Of a stretch of DNA of 32,000 bases, positions 1 to 8,048 are shown in pieces. Position 1 is the first letter of the stretch. The number at the start of each line of letters is the position of its first letter. Made by a program: the position numbers and the translations under genes. Location: assembly GCF_003231495.1 (NCBI RefSeq), contig NZ_PQWO01000020.1:35624-67623 (forward strand), in the 5' to 3' direction. The notes beneath the pieces were generated by a model. That model was not told where the DNA came from. It did not search any database and saw nothing but the letters and a program-made list of their open reading frames with translations. Source of the DNA: Acaryochloris thomasi RCC1774. GTDB lineage: Bacteria > Cyanobacteriota > Cyanobacteriia > Thermosynechococcales > Thermosynechococcaceae.

Positions 1-1170
1 GCTCAGGAGGCCCAGGCCCATGCTGAAGTAGCACAACAGCAGACACAGCGCGTTCGAGAGCGTTTTCGAGTCACCTTTGAGCAGGCGGCGACGGGGATTG
101 CCCATGTTGACCCCCAAGGACATTGGGTCCGAGTGAATCAAAAGCTCTGTGACATGCTGGGCTATTCTCGGGAGCATTTGATGCAGCTTACTTTTCAGGA
201 AGTCACGCATCCCGATGATTTAGAGGCGGATTTAATGTATCTGCAGCAGATGGTTGATGGGGAAATCTCTAGCTGCTCTTTTGATAAACGCTATATCAAT
301 GCCGATCAGGAGGAAGTATGGACCTTCGTGACTGTCTCAGCCGTCCATGACCGAGCAGACCGTCTCTACTTCATTTGCGTGATTGAAGATATTCGAGATC
401 GCAAGCAGGCCGAAGCCGAGCTAGAAAACCGAGCCGAGCAGCTCCTGGTGCTGAATGCCTCCCTATTGCAGACCACCGCAATGCTAGAACGCAAAAACCA
501 AGAACTCGATCAATTTGCCTACATCGCCTCCCACGACCTTAAAGCACCGCTGCGGGCCATTGCCAACCTATCAGCATGGCTAGAAGAAGACTTGACTGGC
601 ACCTTACCAGCAGAAAACCAAGAACAGCTACAGCTAATGCGTAGCCGAGTCCACCGCTTAGAGGGGCTGATTGACGGTCTCTTGGACTACTCTCGTGCCG
701 GTCGAATGACACACAAGATCGAGACCGTCAATGTTGTATACCTGGTACAAGAAATCGCGAAGGCTTTAGCACCACCGCCTGGATTTGAAGTGGTCATTGA
801 ACCGCATCTACCGGTGCTGCAGACCCATCAGCTACCGCTGCAGCGCGTCTTTTCTAACCTGATTAGTAATGCGATTAAGTATTGCGATCGCACCGACGGC
901 AAAGTAGTCATCAGTTGCCAACCACACCAGCAAACCTTCAGCGTTACCGATAACGGCCCTGGGATTGCCCCTGAATACCAAGAGCGTATTTTCGGCATGT
1001 TCCAAACGCTGCAGGCCAGAGACAAGATTGAAAGTACCGGCATTGGACTCGCCATTGTGAAAAAGCTGGTCGAAGCCGAGGGAGGCGAGATTTGGGTAGA
1101 ATCTCCCCCCGAACAAGGAACGACTTTTCTCTTTACTTGGCCCAGCAAAGACTGGCACGGACTAGGCTAG
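1..1170 (+). CDS. PAS-domain sensor histidine kinase, 5' end outside window
   Basis: Frame 1 is open from base 1 (AQEAQAHAEV...RFRVTFEQAATGIAHVDPQGHWVRVNQKLCDMLGYS, PAS-like), so the track start at 133 (GTG) is probably internal. H-box ASHDLKAPLRAI, N-box [10 protein letters not shown]1 DNGPGI, G2 GIGLAIV. Stop at 1168-1170. Confidence 0.9.
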   Translation, partial: AQEAQAHAEVAQQQTQRVRERFRVTFEQAATGIAHVDPQGHWVRVNQKLCDMLGYSREHLMQLTFQEVTHPDDLEADLMYLQQMVDGEISSCSFDKRYINADQEEVWTFVTVSAVHDRADRLYFICVIEDIRDRKQAEAELENRAEQLLVLNASLLQTTAMLERKNQELDQFAYIASHDLKAPLRAIANLSAWLEEDLTGTLPAENQEQLQLMRSRVHRLEGLIDGLLDYSRAGRMTHKIETVNVVYLVQEIAKALAPPPGFEVVIEPHLPVLQTHQLPLQRVFSNLISNAIKYCDRTDGKVVISCQPHQQTFSVTDNGPGIAPEYQERIFGMFQTLQARDKIESTGIGLAIVKKLVEAEGGEIWVESPPEQGTTFLFTWPSKDWHGLG

Positions 1171-1447
1171 AGGCAGGATCTAACTTCAGATAGAGGGCTG
1201 CAAGCACAAATTCCTGGCATGCTTTGTAAGCATAGATCTTTGAATAGAATATTAGCCCGCTTATTTTCAAACTTAGCGTCAATATATAAATCGACGTTGG
1301 GGTAAATATTACGGCGCTGCACTGACGTCTTGGCCCTGTCACTTGAGGAAATTAATGCAGAGCAACATAAGTTTTCTATGAAACCCGAACGGAAGCATTC
1401 ACCACTGTTCTAGCCACCTTTGTATAGCTTTAATCCAGGCATCACCC

Positions 1448-2128
1448 ATGACTCAATCTCCTCCACAAATGGCTCAAGAAACCTATCAGCAGCTCGAAGC
1501 GATGGCCACGGAACTCAGCCGAAACATGGGACAGCTCTTCGAAGGGGCCACTCAAGAAGTCGGTCAGAGCGTGGATGCAGTGGCTCAAAATCCGCTATTG
1601 AAGTGGTTAGCTCGACTCCCTGGAGCCAGTAAGCTCCTGACTTTTCTAGGGCAGGCAGATACGGTCCAAATTGAAGCCGAGGTGGCCGATCTGCAACGCC
1701 AGCATCCCAGCGATTCCCGCCGCCAAATCGCGGAACGGCTAATCCAGCAGTCAGCGCTGCAGGCAGGGACTGTCGGATTGCTCACGAACTTGGCTCCACC
1801 TTTGGCCCTCGCCCTGTTTGCCGTTGATCTGGCTGCCATGACAAAGCTGCAGGCAGAGATGGTGTACCGAATTGCAGCGGCTTACGGCTTTCCGCTCTCT
1901 GACTCAACCCGTCGGGGCGAAATTTTAGCCATCTTTGGTCTTTCGATGTTGGGGAGCGGCGTTCTCAAAACAGGAGCCAGCTTTGTAGAGGTATTCCCTG
2001 TGGTGGGGGCAATCTCTGGCGCAGCGGTGAACGCCACCCTGCTCTTCGGGCTGGGGCAAACGGCCTGCCAGTTCTATGAATCGAAGCCGTCCCCCACTGA
2101 AGTTGTCGTGACCGCTGAGCCAGTTTAG
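1448..2128 (+). CDS. conserved hypothetical protein, EcsC/DUF697-like (tentative)
   Basis: 226-aa ORF with ATG start. Helical N-terminal part, then a Gly/Ala-rich hydrophobic segment (LLTNLAPPLALALFAVDLAAMTKLQAEMVYRIAAAYGFPL). The family assignment is from memory only. Confidence 0.55.
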   Translation: MTQSPPQMAQETYQQLEAMATELSRNMGQLFEGATQEVGQSVDAVAQNPLLKWLARLPGASKLLTFLGQADTVQIEAEVADLQRQHPSDSRRQIAERLIQQSALQAGTVGLLTNLAPPLALALFAVDLAAMTKLQAEMVYRIAAAYGFPLSDSTRRGEILAIFGLSMLGSGVLKTGASFVEVFPVVGAISGAAVNATLLFGLGQTACQFYESKPSPTEVVVTAEPV

Positions 2129-2165
2129 CTATCTCTGTATCATTTAAAGCAAAAGTCATCGATCA

Positions 2166-3215
2166 ATGTCAAATCTCCTTGCTGACCCCGTTCAATCAGC
2201 CAGAGCTGCCGGTCTGCGCTATGTCAGTAACGATCGCCCCGGCATTCAGCGCCAAAAGGTTGGCCGAGGGTTTAGCTACATTGACCTAGACGGAAACAGA
2301 ATTCCGCCGTCGCCCGAACGCGATCGCATCCAAGCTCTTGCCATTCCCCCCGCCTGGACAGAAGTGTGGATTTGCCCTCATCCCCAGGGACATCTGCAGG
2401 CCACCGGGCGAGATGCAAAGGGCCGTAAACAATATCGCTATCACCCTGAGTGGCGACGGCTCCGCAGTCGGGCCAAGTTTGATCGCCTCCTGCCCTTTGG
2501 GCTGGTGTTGCCGACCCTCCGTCAGCACACCACTCAACATCTCAAGCTGAAGGGCCTTCCCCGTGAGAAGGTGCTAGCCACCGTCGTGCAGCTATTGGGC
2601 AAAACGCTGATTCGGGTTGGGAACGATCAGTATGCCCGCCGCAACCGATCCTTTGGGCTGACGACGCTGCGCGATCGTCACGTCGAGATTGAAGAGGGTC
2701 AGGTGACCTTTGAGTTTCGCGGCAAGAGCGGCGTAGAACATGCGATCACCCTCGAAGATCCGCGCCTTGCCAAAATCGTGCAGCAGTGCCAAGAGATTCC
2801 AGGCTATGAACTGTTTCAGTATTTCGATGAGAATAAGCAGCGTCAGACCGTTGATTCGGGTGACGTGAATGTATATCTGCAGCAGATCACGGGTTCAGAC
2901 TTCACAGCCAAGGACTTTCGCACTTGGGCTGGGACTGTTCTAACGGCGGCTGAGCTGATCAAGATCAGCGATTTTGAAGATGATCGGCAGGCACAAAAAC
3001 ACGTCAGAGAGACGGTCAAGGCTGTGGCGAAGCAGCTCGGCAACCGACCAGCAACTTGCCGGAAGTACTACATTCATCCGGTGATTATTGAAACCTACAT
3101 TGAAGCAAAGCTCATCGCCATGATGGAGAAGCGGCGATCAGAGTTGGAACACCACGCTCAGCTTTCCGCCCACGAGACGGGGGTTTTATCCATCCTTCAT
3201 CAGACATCATCATAG
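2166..3215 (+). CDS. topIB: DNA topoisomerase IB (bacterial poxvirus-like type)
   Basis: 349 aa. N-terminus GLRYVSNDRPGIQRQKVGRGFSY, IPPAWTEVWICP, GRDAKGRKQYRYHPEW, and a C-terminal catalytic-Tyr region ATCRKYYIHP. These match the bacterial TopIB family as I remember it. Confidence 0.85.
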   Translation: MSNLLADPVQSARAAGLRYVSNDRPGIQRQKVGRGFSYIDLDGNRIPPSPERDRIQALAIPPAWTEVWICPHPQGHLQATGRDAKGRKQYRYHPEWRRLRSRAKFDRLLPFGLVLPTLRQHTTQHLKLKGLPREKVLATVVQLLGKTLIRVGNDQYARRNRSFGLTTLRDRHVEIEEGQVTFEFRGKSGVEHAITLEDPRLAKIVQQCQEIPGYELFQYFDENKQRQTVDSGDVNVYLQQITGSDFTAKDFRTWAGTVLTAAELIKISDFEDDRQAQKHVRETVKAVAKQLGNRPATCRKYYIHPVIIETYIEAKLIAMMEKRRSELEHHAQLSAHETGVLSILHQTSS

Positions 3216-3293
3216 CAACTGTACAGATTAATTTCCCTCCGCTCTGTACATAGAACGAAGGGAGAACGATCTTTTCTGCTCAGACGAATTGCT

Positions 3294-3950
3294 TTAGCGC
3301 TTGTAGTCAGTGTCTGAAGGGAGCGTTGTTGTTCGCACAGGCTCCTGATGATTGACGGGCGTTGTTCCTGTAGAGTCTGGCACGTAATCCGTTGAAGCGC
3401 GGTACTCAACCACTTTTTCCTTCTTGCCACCTCGTAGTCCCAGTAGCCCCAGCAGTCCTAGCAGTCCTAGCCATCCCCAGTTGGCACTGTCCTCAACGGC
3501 GTTCGCAGCCTGAACGGCTTCCTGCTCTGCTTCTTGAGCAGCCCCCTCTATCGCCTCTCCAGTCTCTTGAGCTGCGCCTTCAATTTCTTCACCCGTCTGC
3601 TCAATCGCTTCTCCGGTCGCATCGATGGCTTCGCCTGCAGCTTCTGTCGTATTCTCGGCAGCATTCTCTACCGCTTCTCCGGTGGCGTCAACAGCCTCTC
3701 CTGCTTCTTGTACAGTGTTTTCAGCACCCTCTTCTACTGCTTCTCCGGTGTTGCTCAGCCCCTTCTGAATCTGGTCGCCAGCCTGGTCAAAGTTATCACC
3801 AGCTTGATTCAGTTCCTGCTCAGCCGCAGGATCCTGTGCAGGGGCAGCCGTACCTTGGGCATGGGCCATCTCCCCGAAAGAAAACAGTGCAACGCTAACG
3901 GCCAAGGCAGCGGCGCTAGCGGTCTGTGTCGTTTGCAGAAGGAATTTCAT
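3294..3950 (-). CDS. exported acidic repeat protein with C-terminal LGLLGLLGLLGL anchor
   Basis: Signal-peptide-like N-terminus (MKFLLQTTQTASAAALAVSVALFSFGEMAHA). Tandem ~22-aa TGEAVE/TGEAIE repeats. Then WGWLGLLGLLGLLGLRGGKKEK (hydrophobic stretch plus basic stop-transfer) and a short tail. Confidence 0.75.
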   Translation of the reverse strand: MKFLLQTTQTASAAALAVSVALFSFGEMAHAQGTAAPAQDPAAEQELNQAGDNFDQAGDQIQKGLSNTGEAVEEGAENTVQEAGEAVDATGEAVENAAENTTEAAGEAIDATGEAIEQTGEEIEGAAQETGEAIEGAAQEAEQEAVQAANAVEDSANWGWLGLLGLLGLLGLRGGKKEKVVEYRASTDYVPDSTGTTPVNHQEPVRTTTLPSDTDYKR

Positions 3951-4147
3951 GGGTGTGGACCTCTTTGTCTCAAAATTGGCGGATTCGTTTTTAAAATAAT
4001 TATATCAACATACTAAACGCCATCAGTGATGCAGGACATCCTGATTGAGATAGAGAGCTAGACGCCACAAGATCTATCTCTGGTCTGATTTTTGGGTCAT
4101 TATTTTCGTCAATGGGTAGAGATTCTAACGGCTCTACGAAGAAGAAT

Positions 4148-5014
4148 CTATTCACCCTGACTCAGCTGTAGCAGTGCGACCTTTTTGCTAATGCTCTCGA
4201 CCGCAAGGGTGAGAGACTGCATCAGTTCAGCTCCTTCACTATAGTCAGCCGGTGCTAGATTGATGACGCGCTGACTCTGACTCACCTGATATTCTTGATT
4301 CCAATCGGCTGCCGTTCCCTGTTCATAGACGCCGAGGGCAATTCCACCTGCTTGTTTCAGCAGTTCAAAACAGGGGAGATCAGAGGTTCCATCACCGACA
4401 TAGATGACTTGGCTGAAAGGCACATGAAGCTGCTCTTCAGGAACGTCTTGATAGACAAACAGGAGATCATCTTGAGAGTGGTTGTCCATGCCCTTCGACA
4501 GATAGTTTAGGTAGCGCGTTTTCTCTGAGTGAGTCACGGATCGCTTGAGACACTGAATTTCCCCCGCAGGTGTGTAGTGAAATTCGCAGCCCCACATGGC
4601 TTTGAAATAAGGGGCGATGGCGCTGTTCCGAGCGACTTCTACAAAACCGCTGGTAATCAAGTAAAATTCGACCTCGATATCTGGCACAATCGCTTGGGCC
4701 TGTTGCGTCAGTTGCTCAAACATCTCAGTGACGCCCGGGAAGGGTTGATGCTGTTGACCAAACTGAGTCAGCGTTTCTTTGGTAATCTTTTGACCCGCAG
4801 GTCGCTGTTGCGAAGCTTCAGCCAAGAGGTGAAATCTGGCAGCGATCCCGTCCCAGCCTTGGTGCTTGAGAGGTTCGTATCGCTCTTCACGAAACTGGGC
4901 AACGTCATAGCCGAGATAATTCAGCAAGCCATCGAAACTGTCGGGAACCAGTGTTTCATCGAAGTCAAATGCGATCGCAATTCGATTGGCAACCGGCTGA
5001 GTCGCTTGTGTCAT
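4148..5014 (-). CDS. HAD-superfamily hydrolase
   Basis: Motif I AFDFDETL (DxDxT) and motif IV YVGDGTSD. I prefer the ATG at 5014 (MTQATQPVANRIAIAFDFD) over the track start at 5068, whose extra 18 residues (MDANYFYFYLLPHFIHRT) look non-coding. Confidence 0.85.
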   Translation of the reverse strand: MTQATQPVANRIAIAFDFDETLVPDSFDGLLNYLGYDVAQFREERYEPLKHQGWDGIAARFHLLAEASQQRPAGQKITKETLTQFGQQHQPFPGVTEMFEQLTQQAQAIVPDIEVEFYLITSGFVEVARNSAIAPYFKAMWGCEFHYTPAGEIQCLKRSVTHSEKTRYLNYLSKGMDNHSQDDLLFVYQDVPEEQLHVPFSQVIYVGDGTSDLPCFELLKQAGGIALGVYEQGTAADWNQEYQVSQSQRVINLAPADYSEGAELMQSLTLAVESISKKVALLQLSQGE

Positions 5015-5120
5015 TGTTCTATGGATAAAGTGCGGCAGTAGATAGAAGTAAAAATAGTTAGCATCCACTACTGCAAAGTCTAGGACAACGACGAAGGACC
5101 GAGCATCTAGCTTCAGGTAT

Positions 5121-5334
5121 ATGCCTTACCCATACATCGTGAAATCTAGTTCTGGCTTATATTCTCCCCCCTTTTTCAAGGGGGGGCTGGGAGGGATCTG
5201 GCTCATTGCCTAGTGATGAGCTTTCTCAAATCGTGAGTTGCAAGGTGATTTCTGAGGGGAGATCCCTCCTCCCTTTTTCAAGGTAGGGTTAGATCCCGGT
5301 CTTTGCATGAATGTAGGAGTTGTGGGTAAGGCAT
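5121..5334. mobile_element. MITE-like non-autonomous element (candidate)
   Basis: 12-bp terminal inverted repeats: atgccttaccca (5121-5132) and tgggtaaggcat (5323-5334). Flanked by 11/12-identical direct repeats agcttcaggtat (5109-5120) and agcttcaggcat (5337-5348). No ORF inside. Carries two copies of a G/C-run hairpin repeat. Confidence 0.4.
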
Positions 5335-5477
5335 AGAGCTTCAGGCATATAAGATTTTGCTCACAAAATGTAGCTGTGAGGCTCCTTATATTTTGCGTTT
5401 CTGCTTAAGCTAGAGATACTTTACTGCTCGGCAACCTGAGACTGAAAGCATTTTGCAAAACACAAAGGATTCTCGAT

Positions 5478-6419
5478 ATGCCGCAGACAGTTGGCCTCGC
5501 CCTTGGCAGCGGTGGCGCAAGAGGTTGGGCACACATTGGTGTCCTGAGAGCCTTGGAAGAGGCAGACATCAAGATCGATTACGTTGCTGGGACCAGCATT
5601 GGTGCAGTGGTGGGCGCTTTTTACGCCATTGGTGAATTAGATGCGCTAGAGGAATTTGTCTATCCCCTCGACTGGAAAAAGATTGTTTCATTCCTAGACG
5701 TGGTTTTTCCAAGGCAGGGCCTACTGGATGGCGATAAGGTCTACAGCTTACTGGCTGAGCATCTGCGAGAGCGTCAAATGGAGGACACGCTCACGCCATT
5801 TTGTTGTGTCTCGACGAACTTAACCACGCGGCAAGCTGTTTGTCTCGATAGTGGATCAATGGTGGATGCCGTCAGAGCCAGTCTATCGATTCCTGGCATA
5901 TTTACACCCGCACAGCGAGAAGGGAGCTACCTTGTTGACGGTGGCCTCGTTAACCCCATCCCGATCGATGTCGTTAGGAATATGGGCGCAGAAGTCGTGA
6001 TTGCGGTGGACTTGAACAATAGTCTCTCTCATTCAGAAGCGGAGCAAAATCCTGATGTGATTTCAGAGTCTAAACCTGACCAGGAAGAGTATCAGCCGAG
6101 GCAGGGACAGACCGAAATGTTTGCCAGCGTTGAACGGGCCTACCGCACAGTTCAGGGGACGGTGCAGGACAAAATCGATCAGTGGATGCCGTCTGATGAT
6201 CCATCTCCGAACATTTTTGATGTGATTGGTAATTCCATTAATGTTATAGAGCAGGGTCTGGCCCGCAGCAATATGGATCTCCACCCGCCCGATATTTTAA
6301 TCGAGGTGGATCTACAACAAATTGGCATCTTTGACTTTCACCAAGCGACCCCCGCAGTTAAGGCTGGGTATGCCCAAATGAAAGGCCAGCTGGAGGAGCT
6401 GCAGCAGCTTCTATCCTAA
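5478..6419 (+). CDS. patatin-like phospholipase
   Basis: Oxyanion-hole GSGGARG, nucleophile elbow GTSIG (GxSxG), catalytic Asp in YLVDGGLVNPIP. Confidence 0.9.
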   Translation: MPQTVGLALGSGGARGWAHIGVLRALEEADIKIDYVAGTSIGAVVGAFYAIGELDALEEFVYPLDWKKIVSFLDVVFPRQGLLDGDKVYSLLAEHLRERQMEDTLTPFCCVSTNLTTRQAVCLDSGSMVDAVRASLSIPGIFTPAQREGSYLVDGGLVNPIPIDVVRNMGAEVVIAVDLNNSLSHSEAEQNPDVISESKPDQEEYQPRQGQTEMFASVERAYRTVQGTVQDKIDQWMPSDDPSPNIFDVIGNSINVIEQGLARSNMDLHPPDILIEVDLQQIGIFDFHQATPAVKAGYAQMKGQLEELQQLLS

Positions 6420-6447
6420 GGAGGAGATAAGCTGCTGCAGCGGTTTT
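6398..6447 (+). terminator. candidate intrinsic terminator after the patatin gene
   Basis: Perfect 13-bp inverted repeat gctgcagcagctt (6398-6410) / aagctgctgcagc (6429-6441) with an 18-nt loop, followed by ggttttc. The left arm overlaps the last codons. The loop is long for a canonical terminator. Confidence 0.4.
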
Positions 6448-6633
6448 CTAGAGAGGGAATTCTCGCCCCTGCATCCAAAGGAAAAACTTCGCTAACAGGC
6501 TAGGAAAGATATCAAAAAGCTTGAACGATGCTCCTGACAATATCACCCAGGCAAAAAAGCCCATAACATCTTTCAGAGAAAGCGAAGTTGAAGCCACTTT
6601 GTCGTTGGGCAACCAGAAACCATCATTACTCAT
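6448..6633 (-). CDS. small hypothetical membrane protein (uncertain)
   Basis: 61-aa ORF whose ATG (6631-6633) lies 3 nt after the TAA of the upstream barrel-protein gene. One hydrophobic segment (MGFFAWVILSGASFKLF). No recognisable family. Confidence 0.3.
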   Translation of the reverse strand: MSNDGFWLPNDKVASTSLSLKDVMGFFAWVILSGASFKLFDIFPSLLAKFFLWMQGREFPL

Positions 6634-6636
6634 GGC

Positions 6637-7581
6637 TTAGAATCCTGAAAAGTTGTAGCCGATACCGACGAACACACCTAAATCGACTGGATCAAGAATT
6701 GCAAAGTTGACGCCAGCCGTTGCCGTAAGGTTAGACGTGACGGGCAAATCAACACCGCCGACCACAAGCGGGCCAAAGTCTCCTTGGGTTGAGAGCGCAG
6801 CACCACCGCCAATATAAGGTGCAAGTCGGATGTCGTTGTTAATTCGAATGGGCGCAACATCTAAAGTTGCCGGCAGCAGGAATGTGGCATCTTCATCAAA
6901 GTCCGTTGCGATAGCTGGACGAACGGAAAAGAATCGCGTTAGACCAATCTTGCTATAGATAATTAGGCCTGAATCGCCTACAGACGAATCACCTACGGTG
7001 CCAAAATTTCCACCGATGCCAACATAGCTCGGTCCTGAACGAGTTCTGCGCCCCGGATCAATTTCTCCTTCTTCAGGTACGGCTTCTGCTGGGGTTGGAA
7101 AAACGTCTTCTTCGGGGGGAATATCTTGGGCAATCAATGCTGGATTCGTTGGTTCTGCTGGAGCCAGTAATGCTGCAGAGGTTTCAAATTGAGGAAGTTC
7201 TGTCGTTGGCTCGGCAGAGACTGGTTTTGTAGGGGGTTGTTCTACGACAGGCTGAGTCGTCTCGATATCGTCGGTGAGAACAAACTCTACAAACGGTTGC
7301 TCTACGGCAGTTTCAGTGGCCTGTGCAACATCGAATTTAGGACGGGTAAACTGCGCTGCATCAAAGGTGTATTCACGCTCAAGCGCTGCCTTTAAGAACA
7401 TTTGGCTATTCTCTTGAATCACGACGTTCTCATCCGTCTTTAAGCGCTCCGCTTGAAATTCTTGAGACGATGACACAGGATTATTTTCCTGGGCTTCAAC
7501 GACTTCGGCCTTTGCCGATAGGACAACCGTACTTAAAGTTGCAGCACAGATGAGTTGTATTGCGCGTAAGTTGTGGTTCAT
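6637..7581 (-). CDS. outer-membrane beta-barrel protein with Pro/Glu-rich linker
   Basis: Signal peptide (MNHNLRAIQLICAATLSTVVLSAKA). Acidic, Pro-rich middle part. C-terminal ~130 aa of alternating Gly/hydrophobic strands ending GIGYNFSGF (terminal Phe typical of OMPs). Confidence 0.75.
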   Translation of the reverse strand: MNHNLRAIQLICAATLSTVVLSAKAEVVEAQENNPVSSSQEFQAERLKTDENVVIQENSQMFLKAALEREYTFDAAQFTRPKFDVAQATETAVEQPFVEFVLTDDIETTQPVVEQPPTKPVSAEPTTELPQFETSAALLAPAEPTNPALIAQDIPPEEDVFPTPAEAVPEEGEIDPGRRTRSGPSYVGIGGNFGTVGDSSVGDSGLIIYSKIGLTRFFSVRPAIATDFDEDATFLLPATLDVAPIRINNDIRLAPYIGGGAALSTQGDFGPLVVGGVDLPVTSNLTATAGVNFAILDPVDLGVFVGIGYNFSGF

Positions 7582-8048
7582 TGATGGACTCCTTCAATAC
7601 CTTTGTGTTGAATGAGGGCAATAATTAGCTGAGCAACGTAGGTAAAGGGATATTGGGTCTATGCGTTGAGTCAACTCTCTTGATGAAAACAGAGGTGAAA
7701 CTAGAAACCCTCCACACATAGATAGATAGAGGTGAAATCCAACTCACTCAAAAGACTGGGATCCCTAACAAATACAGCGAATTTTAGCTTGATACGGGAA
7801 ATCACTTCACGATCTGGCCGATCGTACTGCCCCCTCATATTTTTTCCTTTCGGTAGATGAAAGATGTAGGGTAGCTTGCTCAAGCGATGAATTGAACGCT
7901 CGTTGCGATCGCAGTGTCCTAACACCCGTTGAATGTGCTATGACATACGAGCGGCATTATATTTAACTCCCGTCTGGGCTTCTATATTGAGCAGGTGCTG
8001 CTGCGGCTTAGCCCGACTTTGGGTTAGGAGCGCGTTTTGCACAAAAAC

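Noticed and set aside
3392-4016. Track ORFs of 168 aa and 160 aa on the plus strand
   Set aside because: Both lie antisense to the acidic repeat gene (3294-3950). Their translations are low-complexity Leu/Ser/Pro strings generated by the complement of GAA/GCC-rich repeats. They have no start context or motifs.
4047-4080. 8-bp inverted repeat gagataga/tctatctc as a terminator of the HAD gene
   Set aside because: On the minus strand, the direction of HAD transcription, the hairpin is not followed by a U-run. The T-run lies on the plus-strand side, where no gene ends.
4295-5041. Plus-strand ORFs (71 aa, 170 aa) opposite the HAD hydrolase
   Set aside because: These are shadow ORFs of a well-supported minus-strand gene with clear DxDxT and GDGxxD motifs.
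5163-5300. Possible mini-CRISPR (two similar ~35-nt units about 100 nt apart)
   Set aside because: There are only two degenerate copies, the spacing is irregular, no cas genes are present, and the units belong to a dispersed hairpin-repeat family.
7701-7925. 74-aa minus-strand ORF in the 467-bp gap between the kinase and the OMP gene
   Set aside because: It has no motifs and an AT-rich atypical composition, and it spans a HIP1 site and likely promoter DNA. A direct repeat agaggtgaaa (7691 and 7729) was noted nearby but is too weak to call.
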